From the NCBI GenBank assembly GCA_028286585.1, contig JAQBRI010000007.1, forward strand, positions 18,479-82,478: a stretch of DNA of 64,000 nucleotides, in the 5' to 3' direction. The stretch is from Candidatus Kaiserbacteria bacterium (GTDB lineage Bacteria; Patescibacteriota; Minisyncoccia; Phycocordibacterales; UBA2100). Both the position numbers and the translations under genes were made by a program. The notes below the pieces were generated by a model. That model did no database searches, was not told where the DNA came from, and was given only the letters and a program-made list of their open reading frames with translations. Of this stretch, positions 37,184-47,305 are shown one piece after another (the first letter of the stretch is position 1; every line of letters begins with the position of its first letter).

Positions 37184-37507
37184 ATGTATATGAAGAACTT
37201 TTTACCGGCCACCATTCTTGTGGCGAGTTTCTTTTTGCCCCTCGTATCTTTTGCGTCACCATTTGGAGGATCAATTGGTACGATCGTACCTTGTTATAAC
37301 CAGGCGATTTATGCAAGCGTGGGTCCTCCAGTTGGCGGGCAGTTTATATGGACACCAGCGACACAGACCTATCAATTTGGCCCTCCGCGCCATTCCGGAC
37401 AGTGGCTCCTTGGTCTTTATGGTGTTCCCTATTATTGTATTGTTTCAATCGAACCGATTGTTGTGTGGCCGGGACTTAATATCACCATGATGGGTTCCTC
37501 TCAGTAA
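37184..37507 (+). CDS. small secreted protein, unknown function
   Basis: Signal peptide from internal Met (MYMKNFLPATILVASFFLPLVSFA); divergent from the T4SS-like block. Confidence 0.35.
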   Translation: MYMKNFLPATILVASFFLPLVSFASPFGGSIGTIVPCYNQAIYASVGPPVGGQFIWTPATQTYQFGPPRHSGQWLLGLYGVPYYCIVSIEPIVVWPGLNITMMGSSQ

Positions 37508-37536
37508 AAGGGTCGCTCATGCGTATTTTTGAAAGT

Positions 37537-38337
37537 TTATGCTGAGTAAGAATTTGTCATCACCTCTTTCGTAATCTCGATCCATTTATTTATAGGGAGA
37601 GTTTCGGCCCGGGATTTTGCGTCGATACCGCATTTTTCAAATACTTTTAATATTATTTCCTTCCCGTATTTTTCACCAAGATTATTCAAGAGCTGTTTTC
37701 TTTTTGAGGCAAAGCCCGCATGTAATACTTCAAAAAATAATTCTTCTGATATATCCTTGAACAAGTCTTGTGAAATATTTTCAATAGTTAAAATTGCCGA
37801 GTCCACTTGTGGTGCGGGAAAAAAGTTGCCTGCTGCAACTTTGGAAATAATTTTTGGCGTCCCATATGCCTTGACCGAAAGTGATAACAAACTTTCTTTT
37901 GCGGAAACTATTCTTTGTGCGACTTCTTTTTGTATGAGTATCGAAATGGTTCTCGGCTGCGCTGGTGTGCTCAAAAACCGCCGGATGATTTCACCAGTAA
38001 TATAATAAGGAATATTTGCACCAAGCGTGTATGTTCCCGAGTGTAGGTCCAGTGACTCAGGCGTTACTTCGCGAATATCTTGCATCACGATTTTTAATTT
38101 TCCTGTTTTTATTTCTTCTTCAAATACCGATTCTAAAATCGGCAACAATTCCGCATCTTTTTCTATCGCAATAATATTCGCACCTGTTTTCAAAAGTTCA
38201 CGAGTCAACATTCCCTTTCCAGGTCCAATTTCCAAAATAGTTTCGCCCGGGTTTGCATGCAGTGACTGGGCCAAAAGATGTGCATAATAAGCATTTTTGA
38301 GAAAATGCTGGCCAAGTTTTGCTCCGCTTCGTTTCAT
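37537..38337 (-). CDS. rsmA: 16S rRNA (adenine1518/1519-N6)-dimethyltransferase
   Basis: KLGQHFLKN start, LEIGPGKGMLT SAM motif, NIPYYIT motif. Confidence 0.9.
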   Translation of the reverse strand: MKRSGAKLGQHFLKNAYYAHLLAQSLHANPGETILEIGPGKGMLTRELLKTGANIIAIEKDAELLPILESVFEEEIKTGKLKIVMQDIREVTPESLDLHSGTYTLGANIPYYITGEIIRRFLSTPAQPRTISILIQKEVAQRIVSAKESLLSLSVKAYGTPKIISKVAAGNFFPAPQVDSAILTIENISQDLFKDISEELFFEVLHAGFASKRKQLLNNLGEKYGKEIILKVFEKCGIDAKSRAETLPINKWIEITKEVMTNSYSA

Positions 38338-38360
38338 TCCCCTAACCCTATCACACTCGC

Positions 38361-40247
38361 TTAATCGAGGTAAATGTCATCGAGCAAACCGCGCTTGGGA
38401 GGAGCAGCTACTAGTCGATTATCAATGTCGTTTATAAATTCACTACGCAGCGCAAATTCCCGTGAACCATACTTCATTCGTTGTTTTGCATGAGTGAGAT
38501 GAAGTGTTTTGCGTGCGCGAGTGATAGCAACATAAAAGAGTCTGCGTTCTTCTTCTGGGTCCCGTGTCCCTTCTCGCATTGATGGAAACAATCCTTGTTC
38601 GAGGCCTGTCACAAAGACCACATCAAATTCAAGACCCTTTGAAGCGTGAATTGTCATAAGTGCCACTTCTGCTCTTTTTTCAGTAAGAGCATCCTGATCA
38701 CTTTCGAGAGCAGCATCTTCCATGAGCCGCTCGATACCCTCGGGCGGAGCAAAGTCATCGTACCGAACCGCAAGGTTTACCAGTTCACGAACGTTTTCAA
38801 GTCGCTCCTTACCCTCTTCTGTTTGGCCAAGCGAAGATTCCACTCCGCTTGTTTCAAGTGCAAATCGTACTGCTTCTGATGCGGGTAGTGTTACACATGC
38901 CTGGTGAATATGTTTGAGAATATTTCGGAGTGTATCAATCTTGACCTTTGCTGCACCGGTCAGTGACGCTTCCCCATTTTCAAATACTTTATCAATTGTT
39001 ACTTTTCCAATTCCGCGCGGTACTGCCGATGCTGCGCGTGCAAAATCTGCACGACTCTCGATATTCATTGCTGCGCGAATAAAAGATAATACATCTTTGA
39101 CCTCTTTGCGCTCATAAAACTTGGTTCCCAAAACTCGATATGGCACACCAAATCCAAGACACGCCTCTTCGAGTACGCGCGACTGAAAGTTTTCGCGGTA
39201 CAGAATTGCAATTTCGTCAGCACGAACACCTTCTTTGATCTTTTTTTGTATCGTCTGAGCTATATACCACGCCTCATCAACCTCATTTCCGCCAGCATAA
39301 ATATGAATAGGATCTCCTGTTTGATTCTCGGTAAAGAGGTTTTTTGCGTGCCGCTTGGTATTGCGAGCAATCACGCCATTTGCTGCCGCAATAATAGTTC
39401 GCGTCGAGCGATAATTTTGTTCCAGTAATATTACATTCGCCCCCGGAAAAGCATGTTCGAAATTAAGAAGATGTTCCATTTCTGCACCGCGCCAGCTATA
39501 AATAGATTGGTCGGTATCGCCCACAACACAGACATTTTTTCGCTCGCCTGCAAGCAGTCGAACAATTTCATATTGCGTACGATTGGTATCCTGATATTCA
39601 TCAACCGTAATGTACTGCCAGCGATTTTGTAAAAGAGAACGAACACGCTCGCTTTCTCTGAGCAAAAGTAATGCCCGAACAATAAGGTCATCAAAATCCA
39701 GCGCCCCTTCTCGTCTTAGTTCGGCATCATAGATTTCCCATACGGCGGCAATTGCACGTTCGCGTGGCATGGTTGCTCGTTCGGCATAATCACGCATGTT
39801 TGACGCCTCACCCTTTTCTTTTGAAATTGCCGAGAGCATCGAGCGCGGAGTCCATTGTCCAAGATCGAGTCGATCAAGGGCCCGTTTTATTGATTTGGCG
39901 CTGTCATCACGATCCCATAAGACAAACGCTCGCGGCAGGCTCGCTTCTTGGTGAAACTCTCGGAGTATCCGCACGCAGAGCGAGTGAAAAGTACATACCA
40001 AGGGCGTGCCGTGCAAATTTGGCGGCAAGAGTGCCAGAACTCGTTCCCGCATCTCGCCTGCCGCTTTATTGGTAAAGGTAACGGCAAGGATACTGCTCGG
40101 ACGGACCCCTTTTTCTATCATATAAGCGATTCGGTGGGTAATAGTTTTTGTTTTACCTGCTCCGGCTCCAGCCACAATAAGGAGTGGGCCTTCGATCAGT
40201 AAGACTGCTTCTTTTTGTTTGTCGTTGAGTGAGTTTGGAAGTGCCAT
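38361..40247 (-). CDS. ATP-dependent DNA helicase, UvrD/PcrA family
   Basis: SF1 motifs AGAGAGKTKTITHR, TFHSLC, VDEYQDTN, VGDTDQSIYSWRGA. Confidence 0.85.
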   Translation of the reverse strand: MALPNSLNDKQKEAVLLIEGPLLIVAGAGAGKTKTITHRIAYMIEKGVRPSSILAVTFTNKAAGEMRERVLALLPPNLHGTPLVCTFHSLCVRILREFHQEASLPRAFVLWDRDDSAKSIKRALDRLDLGQWTPRSMLSAISKEKGEASNMRDYAERATMPRERAIAAVWEIYDAELRREGALDFDDLIVRALLLLRESERVRSLLQNRWQYITVDEYQDTNRTQYEIVRLLAGERKNVCVVGDTDQSIYSWRGAEMEHLLNFEHAFPGANVILLEQNYRSTRTIIAAANGVIARNTKRHAKNLFTENQTGDPIHIYAGGNEVDEAWYIAQTIQKKIKEGVRADEIAILYRENFQSRVLEEACLGFGVPYRVLGTKFYERKEVKDVLSFIRAAMNIESRADFARAASAVPRGIGKVTIDKVFENGEASLTGAAKVKIDTLRNILKHIHQACVTLPASEAVRFALETSGVESSLGQTEEGKERLENVRELVNLAVRYDDFAPPEGIERLMEDAALESDQDALTEKRAEVALMTIHASKGLEFDVVFVTGLEQGLFPSMREGTRDPEEERRLFYVAITRARKTLHLTHAKQRMKYGSREFALRSEFINDIDNRLVAAPPKRGLLDDIYLD

Positions 40248-40334
40248 CGGGGTACTATAACACCCGAATTCATCCGCATACCAGTGAACAGCTCAAATAA
40301 CTTGACAAAATGCTATTCCCCATGTCTAATATAT

Positions 40335-40525
40335 AGAGCATTGACTCCGGTACCCTCAAAAGGTATCGTTATCACATCGATGGGCGATTATATGACCGAT
40401 TTCTAGGTTCGTTACCCTGTGTCGAAGCACGGATAACTACAAATGCCAGATGTCCTGATGCTCATCGTTACTTAGCTTACTTTCTACCTACCAACTAAAT
40501 GAAAGGGTTTTAAACCCCCTTTTAT
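40335..40525 (+). ncRNA. candidate small RNA / long structured 5-prime region bounded by sigma70-like promoter and weak intrinsic terminator
   Basis: TTGACA at 40302-40307 and TAATAT at about 40327-40332; GGGTT/AACCC hairpin plus TTTT at 40503-40524; no credible ORF. Confidence 0.3.
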
Positions 40526-40554
40526 GTTGCGGTTCAGGCATTCTGGGTATCGTT

Positions 40555-40580
40555 TATATGTCTTTTCGGACGGACATATA
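40555..40580. promoter_or_regulatory. palindrome TATATGTC-N10-GACATATA upstream of the LysM-M23 peptidase gene
   Basis: 8-9 bp arms exactly complementary; same half-site as the palindrome at 56624-56648. Confidence 0.45.
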
Positions 40581-40639
40581 AGCAAAAACGGCTTATCGCA
40601 AACAAATCACAGGATCCCTACCCGACCCGTTCGAGTAAG

Positions 40640-41788
40640 GTGACATATATGCGCAGGGTTCGTACCATTATTTCACTCATTTCGCTTCTGGCGACTGTGG
40701 GGTCTGTTATGCCTGGTGCAGCTCATGCGGATGTTTTGCAGGCAATATTTAATTTTGCCACTGCGGCACAAGCCACTCAGGTAGAGGCGGCGAGTATCTC
40801 GGCTACGCCATTCAATAGTATTAATACAAACAAAATCGTTCTCAAGCCATCACTCAATATTGATCCTTCCCCATCTCTCGGCGACACTTCAACTATCATC
40901 GCAGATGCCGCTCTCGTTCCTTCTTCTGGTCCTGGCGGAGAGGTTTCATCGGATCAGCCATCATCATCAGCGATTAGTCTCTATGTTGTTCGCAATGGAG
41001 ATACACTTTCCTCGGTTGCAAAACTGTTTGGAGTGTCTGTAAATACGATTCGCTGGGCCAACAATTTGTCTCGCACCAGTTCAATTAAGCCTGGCCAATC
41101 TCTGGTCATTTTGCCGGTTAGTGGCGTTCAATACGTAACCAAAAAAGGAGATACGCTTGCATCAATTGCAAAAAAGTTTGGCGGCGATGCTGCTGACATA
41201 GCGAGCTTTAACAGTATCGACGTAGGTACGCTTACTCCAGGCACGACACTCATGATCCCTAATGGCGAGAGCGATTCTGGTCAAAGCGCTTTGCCTGCAA
41301 CTGGTATTAGTATAGGCACAAATGCAATTACAAAAATCATTCAAACAGGTATCAGTAAATCTTCGTCATCACGATATCGCATTTCAACAAGTAAGACTGA
41401 GCCAGCTCATAATCTTGGTCACGAAGGATCTGCAGCGGAGGTTGCCTACTATACATCCCCTCTCGTACATTATGTTAAAACGCAGGATATTCATGGATAC
41501 AATGGTGTTGATATGGGTGCGCCAGCAGGAACTTCAGTCATGGCCGCTGCGGCAGGCACAGTAATCGTAGCGCGCGATAGTGGATATAACGGCGGCTACG
41601 GAAATTATATTGTTATCTCACACGACAATGGATCTCAAACGCTGTATGCCCACTTGTCTCGAGTTTCAGTATCACAAGGCGCCTCAGTTGAGCAGGGCCA
41701 GGTTATTGGTACCGTCGGACAAACGGGTTGGGCAACCGGACCACATCTCCATTTCGAAATTCGTAACAGTATCATGAACCCGTTTTAG
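40640..41788 (+). CDS. secreted LysM-domain M23 (LytM-type) peptidoglycan endopeptidase
   Basis: Signal peptide, two LysM repeats (YVVRNGDTLSSVAK..., YVTKKGDTLASIAK...), M23 motifs HNGVDMGAP, GPHLHFEIR. Confidence 0.85.
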   Translation: MTYMRRVRTIISLISLLATVGSVMPGAAHADVLQAIFNFATAAQATQVEAASISATPFNSINTNKIVLKPSLNIDPSPSLGDTSTIIADAALVPSSGPGGEVSSDQPSSSAISLYVVRNGDTLSSVAKLFGVSVNTIRWANNLSRTSSIKPGQSLVILPVSGVQYVTKKGDTLASIAKKFGGDAADIASFNSIDVGTLTPGTTLMIPNGESDSGQSALPATGISIGTNAITKIIQTGISKSSSSRYRISTSKTEPAHNLGHEGSAAEVAYYTSPLVHYVKTQDIHGYNGVDMGAPAGTSVMAAAAGTVIVARDSGYNGGYGNYIVISHDNGSQTLYAHLSRVSVSQGASVEQGQVIGTVGQTGWATGPHLHFEIRNSIMNPF

Positions 41789-41882
41789 GATTCTTGTTAA
41801 TTATGTTGCAGCTTATTGTTCAGGGTATTCAGACGTTCTTCACTTTTTTGAAGATTCGCTAAATAAAAAATCCTTAGCCAAT

Positions 41883-43415
41883 TTATATTTCTCGGGCTCT
41901 GTACTGAAGGGCTTCGAGCATGTGCGACGGTTCTATTGTGTTACTTTCTGCCAAATCTGCAATAGTACGTGCAAGTTTTATCGTACGATGATATCCTCGC
42001 GCCGAAAGCTTGAGTCGCTTTGCGGCGTCTACCAGTGTTTTTTGAGCATCGTCTGATAACTGTGCAAGTGAGTCGATCTCTCGAGGACCCATGTCGGCAT
42101 TGGTCATTGATTTTTTACTTTCTCCAAATCGCGCGTACTGAAGATCACGGGCACGTACTATACGTCCCCGCGCTTTTGGTGTCTCGGTATCATCTTGTGC
42201 AGAACGAATCCCCAGCGATTCGGGAGCCATTTCACCGACGTGTACCCACATATCAATACGATCTGCCACCGGTCCGGCAATTTTGCGGCGATAACGATCG
42301 AGTGCCACTGGAGTGCAGCGACAATCGCGTGTTCCATACTTGCCGCAAGGACAAGGATTTAATGCCGCTATGAGCATAAAGTTTGCCGGAAATACTACGG
42401 TACCGCGTGCACGAGAAACCGAAACTCGAGCATCTTCCATTGGTTCGCGAAGTGCATTGATTACGTCGCGATGAAATTCTGGAAATTCATCCATAAATAA
42501 TACTCCGCGGTGAGCAAGTGTAACCTCCCCTGGGCGCGGATTGATAGTGCCTCCGATGAGTGAAGCGTAAGACGCCGTATGATGTGGACTCCGAAACGGT
42601 GGCAATAATACTGCATGACTTTGGAGTATTCCTGCAAGCGAATGAATGGTCGTAACCTCGACCACCTCGTCTTCGTTTAGAGGTGGTAATAATGATGCTG
42701 CCGTACGAGCGAGCATCGTCTTTCCGGTACCAGGAGGTCCGTATAGCGCAATATTGTGGCGGCCTGCTGCTGCAATTTCAAGCGCGCGCTTTGCGCTTTC
42801 TTGCCCTCGAATATCCGAAAGTGTAATGGCAGTAACAACTTGTTTGGGGGTATCCTTAGTCTCATTTACATATACGTTAATTTGGCGTGTTTCTTCCCCA
42901 CTTAAGTGGGCGACCAAATCTTGAAGTGATGCAACGGGATAAATGGAGATGCCTGTAATCAGAGATGCTTCGCGGGCATTATCAATTGGTATAAAAATTT
43001 CAGTAAAGCCATTCATGCGAGCCCGTTGTGCAATAGATAGTACTCCGCGAATTGCACGTATTGTGCCGTCGAGTGCTAGTTCGCCGACAAATAATTTATG
43101 CTCAGGATCAAATCGTATATCTTCTGCGGCAAGCAGGTATGCGAGCGCCACCGGAACATCAAAAGCGGCACCTTCTTTGCGCAGCTCAGCGGGCGCAAGA
43201 GAAATAACTAATTTTTTGTTTGTTGCCTTTGGAGATGTAAAGCCTGTATTTTTTATTGCAGAAGCAACTCGATCACGAGCCTCCTCAACCGCCTTATCGG
43301 GTAATCCAACAATCGAAAACGCGTGTAATCCACGCGCTAAATCAGCCTCAACCGACACAATATGTGCAATCGGAAGCGACGGTTGTGCCCCAAACACCCG
43401 CGCAAAATTCATCAC
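41883..43415 (-). CDS. YifB/ComM family Mg-chelatase-like AAA+ ATPase
   Basis: N-terminal Lon-like domain, Walker A LYGPPGTGKTMLA, C-terminal ChlI-like region. Confidence 0.8.
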   Translation of the reverse strand: MMNFARVFGAQPSLPIAHIVSVEADLARGLHAFSIVGLPDKAVEEARDRVASAIKNTGFTSPKATNKKLVISLAPAELRKEGAAFDVPVALAYLLAAEDIRFDPEHKLFVGELALDGTIRAIRGVLSIAQRARMNGFTEIFIPIDNAREASLITGISIYPVASLQDLVAHLSGEETRQINVYVNETKDTPKQVVTAITLSDIRGQESAKRALEIAAAGRHNIALYGPPGTGKTMLARTAASLLPPLNEDEVVEVTTIHSLAGILQSHAVLLPPFRSPHHTASYASLIGGTINPRPGEVTLAHRGVLFMDEFPEFHRDVINALREPMEDARVSVSRARGTVVFPANFMLIAALNPCPCGKYGTRDCRCTPVALDRYRRKIAGPVADRIDMWVHVGEMAPESLGIRSAQDDTETPKARGRIVRARDLQYARFGESKKSMTNADMGPREIDSLAQLSDDAQKTLVDAAKRLKLSARGYHRTIKLARTIADLAESNTIEPSHMLEALQYRAREI

Positions 43416-43469
43416 TATAGTCTAGCTTGATTTCTTTGGAACCGGAAAAGTGGTCTGTGGACAAGTCTC

Positions 43470-43838
43470 TTATGCGTGTGCAATACAGGTGCGTGCTGCT
43501 GGGTTTGCTCGCAATCGTTCAATAGGGATTTCCTCGTTACCCTCTTCGCATATGCCATATGTACCCTCGTCAATTTTTTCAAGCGCGTCAACGATGTCTC
43601 GCTGTCGCTGTTCTAACTCTTCGACTACTGCTACGTTTACGGCCAGTTCTTCGATATTGTCTGCAACATCATTTGGATCTGATTCTTCACCTTGTTCTGG
43701 AATTGATGCACCAGTCCATTCCCCTGCTGCGTCTTTTTTTCCGCGTTCGGTCAATTCTTGTTCAAGTGAATACCCTTCGCTCTCTAGCATGTCTCGCAAT
43801 TCTTGAATCTCGGTTTCATTGAGATGTTCCATATGCAA
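43470..43838 (-). CDS. DksA/TraR-family zinc-finger protein
   Basis: Acidic coiled coil followed by EGTYGICEEGNEEIPIERLRANPAARTC. Confidence 0.6.
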   Translation of the reverse strand: MHMEHLNETEIQELRDMLESEGYSLEQELTERGKKDAAGEWTGASIPEQGEESDPNDVADNIEELAVNVAVVEELEQRQRDIVDALEKIDEGTYGICEEGNEEIPIERLRANPAARTCIAHA

Positions 43839-43891
43839 ATCATACCGTACAAAAAGTCGTATGCAAGGAAATGGGTTCGACGCGGATTGTA

Positions 43892-45022
43892 TTACAGTTC
43901 TCGCTGCGCCTGAAGACGATTTATTATTTCCGGAAACGTATACGGATTTTCCGCAATTACCAGCATCGTTGGCGATGGGAATGAATAGTACAGTACGGGA
44001 TTTCCCGTATCATCTTCAATCACTCGAACATCATAATTGTGCATGACTACATCTTGAAAGGTTCGATCGACGGGTATTCCGTCGGCGCTCAGTTTTGTAG
44101 CACTTACACCCATAAAAATAGGTGAAAAATCCTGATCGATATGACTTTCCCATGCAAGCATACCCGCAACTGCGTTGTCATACGACACGACAGGAATAAC
44201 AATAACCGGTGCACGATGATCCGTCATGTGATATCCAAAGAAAAAAGATGAATCAAGACTGCGGAGCAAGCCGTCGGGCGGCTGAACACCGAGTGCCGTA
44301 AAAAACTCGCTTAGGGTGGCTGGGGTCGCATTTGATTGCCCAGCTGTGGTGCTGGCAGAAAGAGGGATAATTCTGGTTATAGAACCTTGTGCGTCAGAAG
44401 AATCGGTACGTGCTTGTGCAAGCGCGTATTTAAGTGCTCCTGACTGCTGCGAACTTGTTATCTGTACGACAATCGATCGTTCTGAAAATACTATATTTCC
44501 TTCGGACACTTGCGGTGGAAGTGCTCTGTTTTGTACCACATAGGCTACGCCAAAAAGCGCCCCCATACTTAAAATAATAAGCAGAAGACTTATAAATATA
44601 ATCGTAAATCGGTGTCGGTTGCGTGTCGATTCGACGGGAGTCAGTACTTCAGGGGCAACCCTTCGCTTGTCTTGTTCGATTGCAACGGCACGCACGAGTG
44701 ATATTTTTTGACGACGCACAACGTTTTGCATATCGTCTTTGAGCGTATGGAGCGCGGTAACAGAACTCGGCTCCTCTTGAGGAACTGGTTCAGCTGGAGC
44801 GGCCGGGATGGTTTCAGTCTGTGTTTCCGATATCGATTTTGGCACCTGTATGTCCAAAGACAATCGATCGGTGTTTTGTACCGGTAATGGTACCGATTTT
44901 AGAATACCGGATATGTCGGTTTGAATTCCGGTGTCGAGTTGTTTGATGGGAATATCGTTTCCCGCTGTTTTATCCTCGGCGCCCGTTTCCGCCTCTGTGG
45001 TTATTTTCTCGTCGTTCTCCAT
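43892..45022 (-). CDS. bitopic membrane protein, unknown function
   Basis: Acidic N-terminal part, single TM (FTIIFISLLLIILSMGALFGVAYVV), extracytoplasmic domain; 5-prime end overlaps the pnp 3-prime end. Confidence 0.4.
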   Translation of the reverse strand: MENDEKITTEAETGAEDKTAGNDIPIKQLDTGIQTDISGILKSVPLPVQNTDRLSLDIQVPKSISETQTETIPAAPAEPVPQEEPSSVTALHTLKDDMQNVVRRQKISLVRAVAIEQDKRRVAPEVLTPVESTRNRHRFTIIFISLLLIILSMGALFGVAYVVQNRALPPQVSEGNIVFSERSIVVQITSSQQSGALKYALAQARTDSSDAQGSITRIIPLSASTTAGQSNATPATLSEFFTALGVQPPDGLLRSLDSSFFFGYHMTDHRAPVIVIPVVSYDNAVAGMLAWESHIDQDFSPIFMGVSATKLSADGIPVDRTFQDVVMHNYDVRVIEDDTGNPVLYYSFPSPTMLVIAENPYTFPEIINRLQAQREL

Positions 45023-47156
45023 ACTGTTCTTGGCTCAAGTCAGGTGTCAGGCCTTTGCGAGATGCAAATTCTGGATCAGCCGCTTTGATAGACAAATTAT
45101 ACCGTCCTTTTTCATCAATCTCCTTAATTACTACCGGGACAACCTCATCAAGTGAAAGTGCGTCAGTGACACGAGCAATTCTAAATGGTGCGATTTCAGA
45201 GACGTGTACAAGACCTTCTGCGTTTGGACCAATTTTTACAAAGGCTCCAAAGTCCAAAAATCGTGTTACCACTCCCTCGCATCGGTCACCTGCCATATAT
45301 TCTCGCGTAAGATCTGAGATTTCTTTGAGCGCTGCCTCGGCTGCGCCGTTTTTGCCAGTGATAAAGATAGTACCGTCATCCTCGATGGTAATGTCATCTG
45401 CTTTTGTTCGGTCACGAATACCATTGATCATCTTTCCGCCAGGACCGATGACAAGACCGATTTGATCTACCTTTACATGTGTTGTAAGAATTTTTGGAGC
45501 GCGCGCAGAAATGTCTGCACGAGGCGCTGCAATTTCTTTTGTGATTACATCGAGAATCTGGAGTCGAGCCTTTTTTGCTTGCGCAAATGCTTCGGCAAGT
45601 ACCTTGAGAGGTACGCCTTCTACTTTTACATCCATTTGTACTCCCGTAACTCCGTCTTTGGTACCCGCTACCTTGAAGTCCATGTCTCCATGATGATCCT
45701 CGGGACCTTGGATATCGGTGAGCACTTTATATACCTGCTTTTTCGCATCACTCATCATTCCCATTGCAATACCTGCAACCGGACTTTTGATAGGAACACC
45801 TGCATCCATGAGAGCGATTGTTCCTGCACACACTGATGCCATTGAAGTAGAGCCATTACTTGCGAGTGATTCTGCAACGATACGAATAGTGTATGGGAAT
45901 ACTGCTTTTTCTGGCAATACTGCACGCAACGCCTTTTCGGCAAGCGCACCATGACCAATCATTCGGCGATTTGTTCCACCAATGCGGCCTGTTTCACCAA
46001 CTGAAAACGGTGGGAAGTTGTAATGAAGCATAAAATCCTTCTTCGCTTCTTGGTATTCAATTGTGTCTACAAGCTGAGCATCTCCCGGACCACCAAGTGT
46101 GAGAGCGGCAAGTACATGCGTTGCACCACGATAAAAGATTCCCGTTCCGTGAATGATTGGTGAGACACCGCCAGCCTGAGCAAAGAGTGGACGAATCTGA
46201 TCCATTGCACGTCCGTCAACACGCTTACCATCGTTGATAGCGAGTTCGTGTACGTATGCATCAAGTCGTTCTTCACAATATGAATCTAGTCTACCTGGAG
46301 TAATGTCCGGAAGCATATCACCCGCTGCTTTGAGCCAGGTTGATTTGATGGTACCAAGCTCTTCCTTTCCAAGAAGTCCTTTGTATTCAGTGAGCATTGG
46401 TCCGACAATTTCTGCAAAAGCACTCTCCATTTCAGGAGTTGTAACTGGTGCTGCAAATTCCTTTTTAGGAACGCCGCGTTCAGAAATAATCATGTGCTGC
46501 CACAATTGAATCTTTTCGATTTCGTCACTTGCATACTGCAAGCCTTTTGTAAGAGTTTCTTCTGATACTTCGGTAGCACCAACTTCGATCATGTTGATGA
46601 GACCGTCCTTACCACAGGCAAGAAGATCCATTTTTACATCCTTTGCATCACGATCGGCATATGACGGATTGACAATAAACTCCCCTGCTCCATTTTGTCC
46701 GATTCGAACTGCTGAGACCGGTCCATTCCATGGAATGTGTGAAGTACCCAAGGCAAGTGATGCAGCGGACACTGCAAGTACGTCTGGATCAGATTCATCA
46801 ATAGAGAGAACTGACACGATCACCTGCACATCTCGCTTGAGTCCCTTTGGAAAGAGCGGGCGGATAGTACGGTCGACGATTCGTCCCGAAAGAACAGCTT
46901 CGTCAGATGGTCGTCCTTCACGTCGCATAAATCGAGAACCCAAGATTGCTCCTGCTGCATAAAACTTTTCCTCGTATTCAACTGACAATGGGAAATAGTC
47001 GAGATTGGATTCCTTTGATCCCATCACGACAGTTGCCAAAACAGCACTATTGCCATAGCGCATCAATACCGAGCCATGCGCCTGATCAGCCCAATCGTTA
47101 AATTCTGCTGATAATGTTTTTCCACCGATCTCGATGGAATATACTTTCTTATCCAT
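44970..47156 (-). CDS. pnp: polyribonucleotide nucleotidyltransferase (PNPase)
   Basis: Two RNase PH domains, KH and S1 domains; 728 aa. Confidence 0.9.
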   Translation of the reverse strand: MDKKVYSIEIGGKTLSAEFNDWADQAHGSVLMRYGNSAVLATVVMGSKESNLDYFPLSVEYEEKFYAAGAILGSRFMRREGRPSDEAVLSGRIVDRTIRPLFPKGLKRDVQVIVSVLSIDESDPDVLAVSAASLALGTSHIPWNGPVSAVRIGQNGAGEFIVNPSYADRDAKDVKMDLLACGKDGLINMIEVGATEVSEETLTKGLQYASDEIEKIQLWQHMIISERGVPKKEFAAPVTTPEMESAFAEIVGPMLTEYKGLLGKEELGTIKSTWLKAAGDMLPDITPGRLDSYCEERLDAYVHELAINDGKRVDGRAMDQIRPLFAQAGGVSPIIHGTGIFYRGATHVLAALTLGGPGDAQLVDTIEYQEAKKDFMLHYNFPPFSVGETGRIGGTNRRMIGHGALAEKALRAVLPEKAVFPYTIRIVAESLASNGSTSMASVCAGTIALMDAGVPIKSPVAGIAMGMMSDAKKQVYKVLTDIQGPEDHHGDMDFKVAGTKDGVTGVQMDVKVEGVPLKVLAEAFAQAKKARLQILDVITKEIAAPRADISARAPKILTTHVKVDQIGLVIGPGGKMINGIRDRTKADDITIEDDGTIFITGKNGAAEAALKEISDLTREYMAGDRCEGVVTRFLDFGAFVKIGPNAEGLVHVSEIAPFRIARVTDALSLDEVVPVVIKEIDEKGRYNLSIKAADPEFASRKGLTPDLSQEQYGERRENNHRGGNGRRG

Positions 47157-47260
47157 GATTATAATTTGGCCCCCAGATTTTAGGTCTCAAAAGACGAACA
47201 TACGTATATTGAGAGCTACCTATCCAAGGGCACGTTATGACTAATGCACTCACCATACCA

Positions 47261-47298
47261 CAAAAAGACGAGGGTGGCACGTTTTACCGTGCCACCCT
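47261..47298 (-). terminator. intrinsic terminator after the LpxC-like gene (AGGGTGGCACG-loop-CGTGCCACCCT then CGTCTTTTTG on minus strand)
   Basis: 11-bp GC-rich stem plus T-run. Confidence 0.65.
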
Positions 47299-47305
47299 TC
47301 AATAT

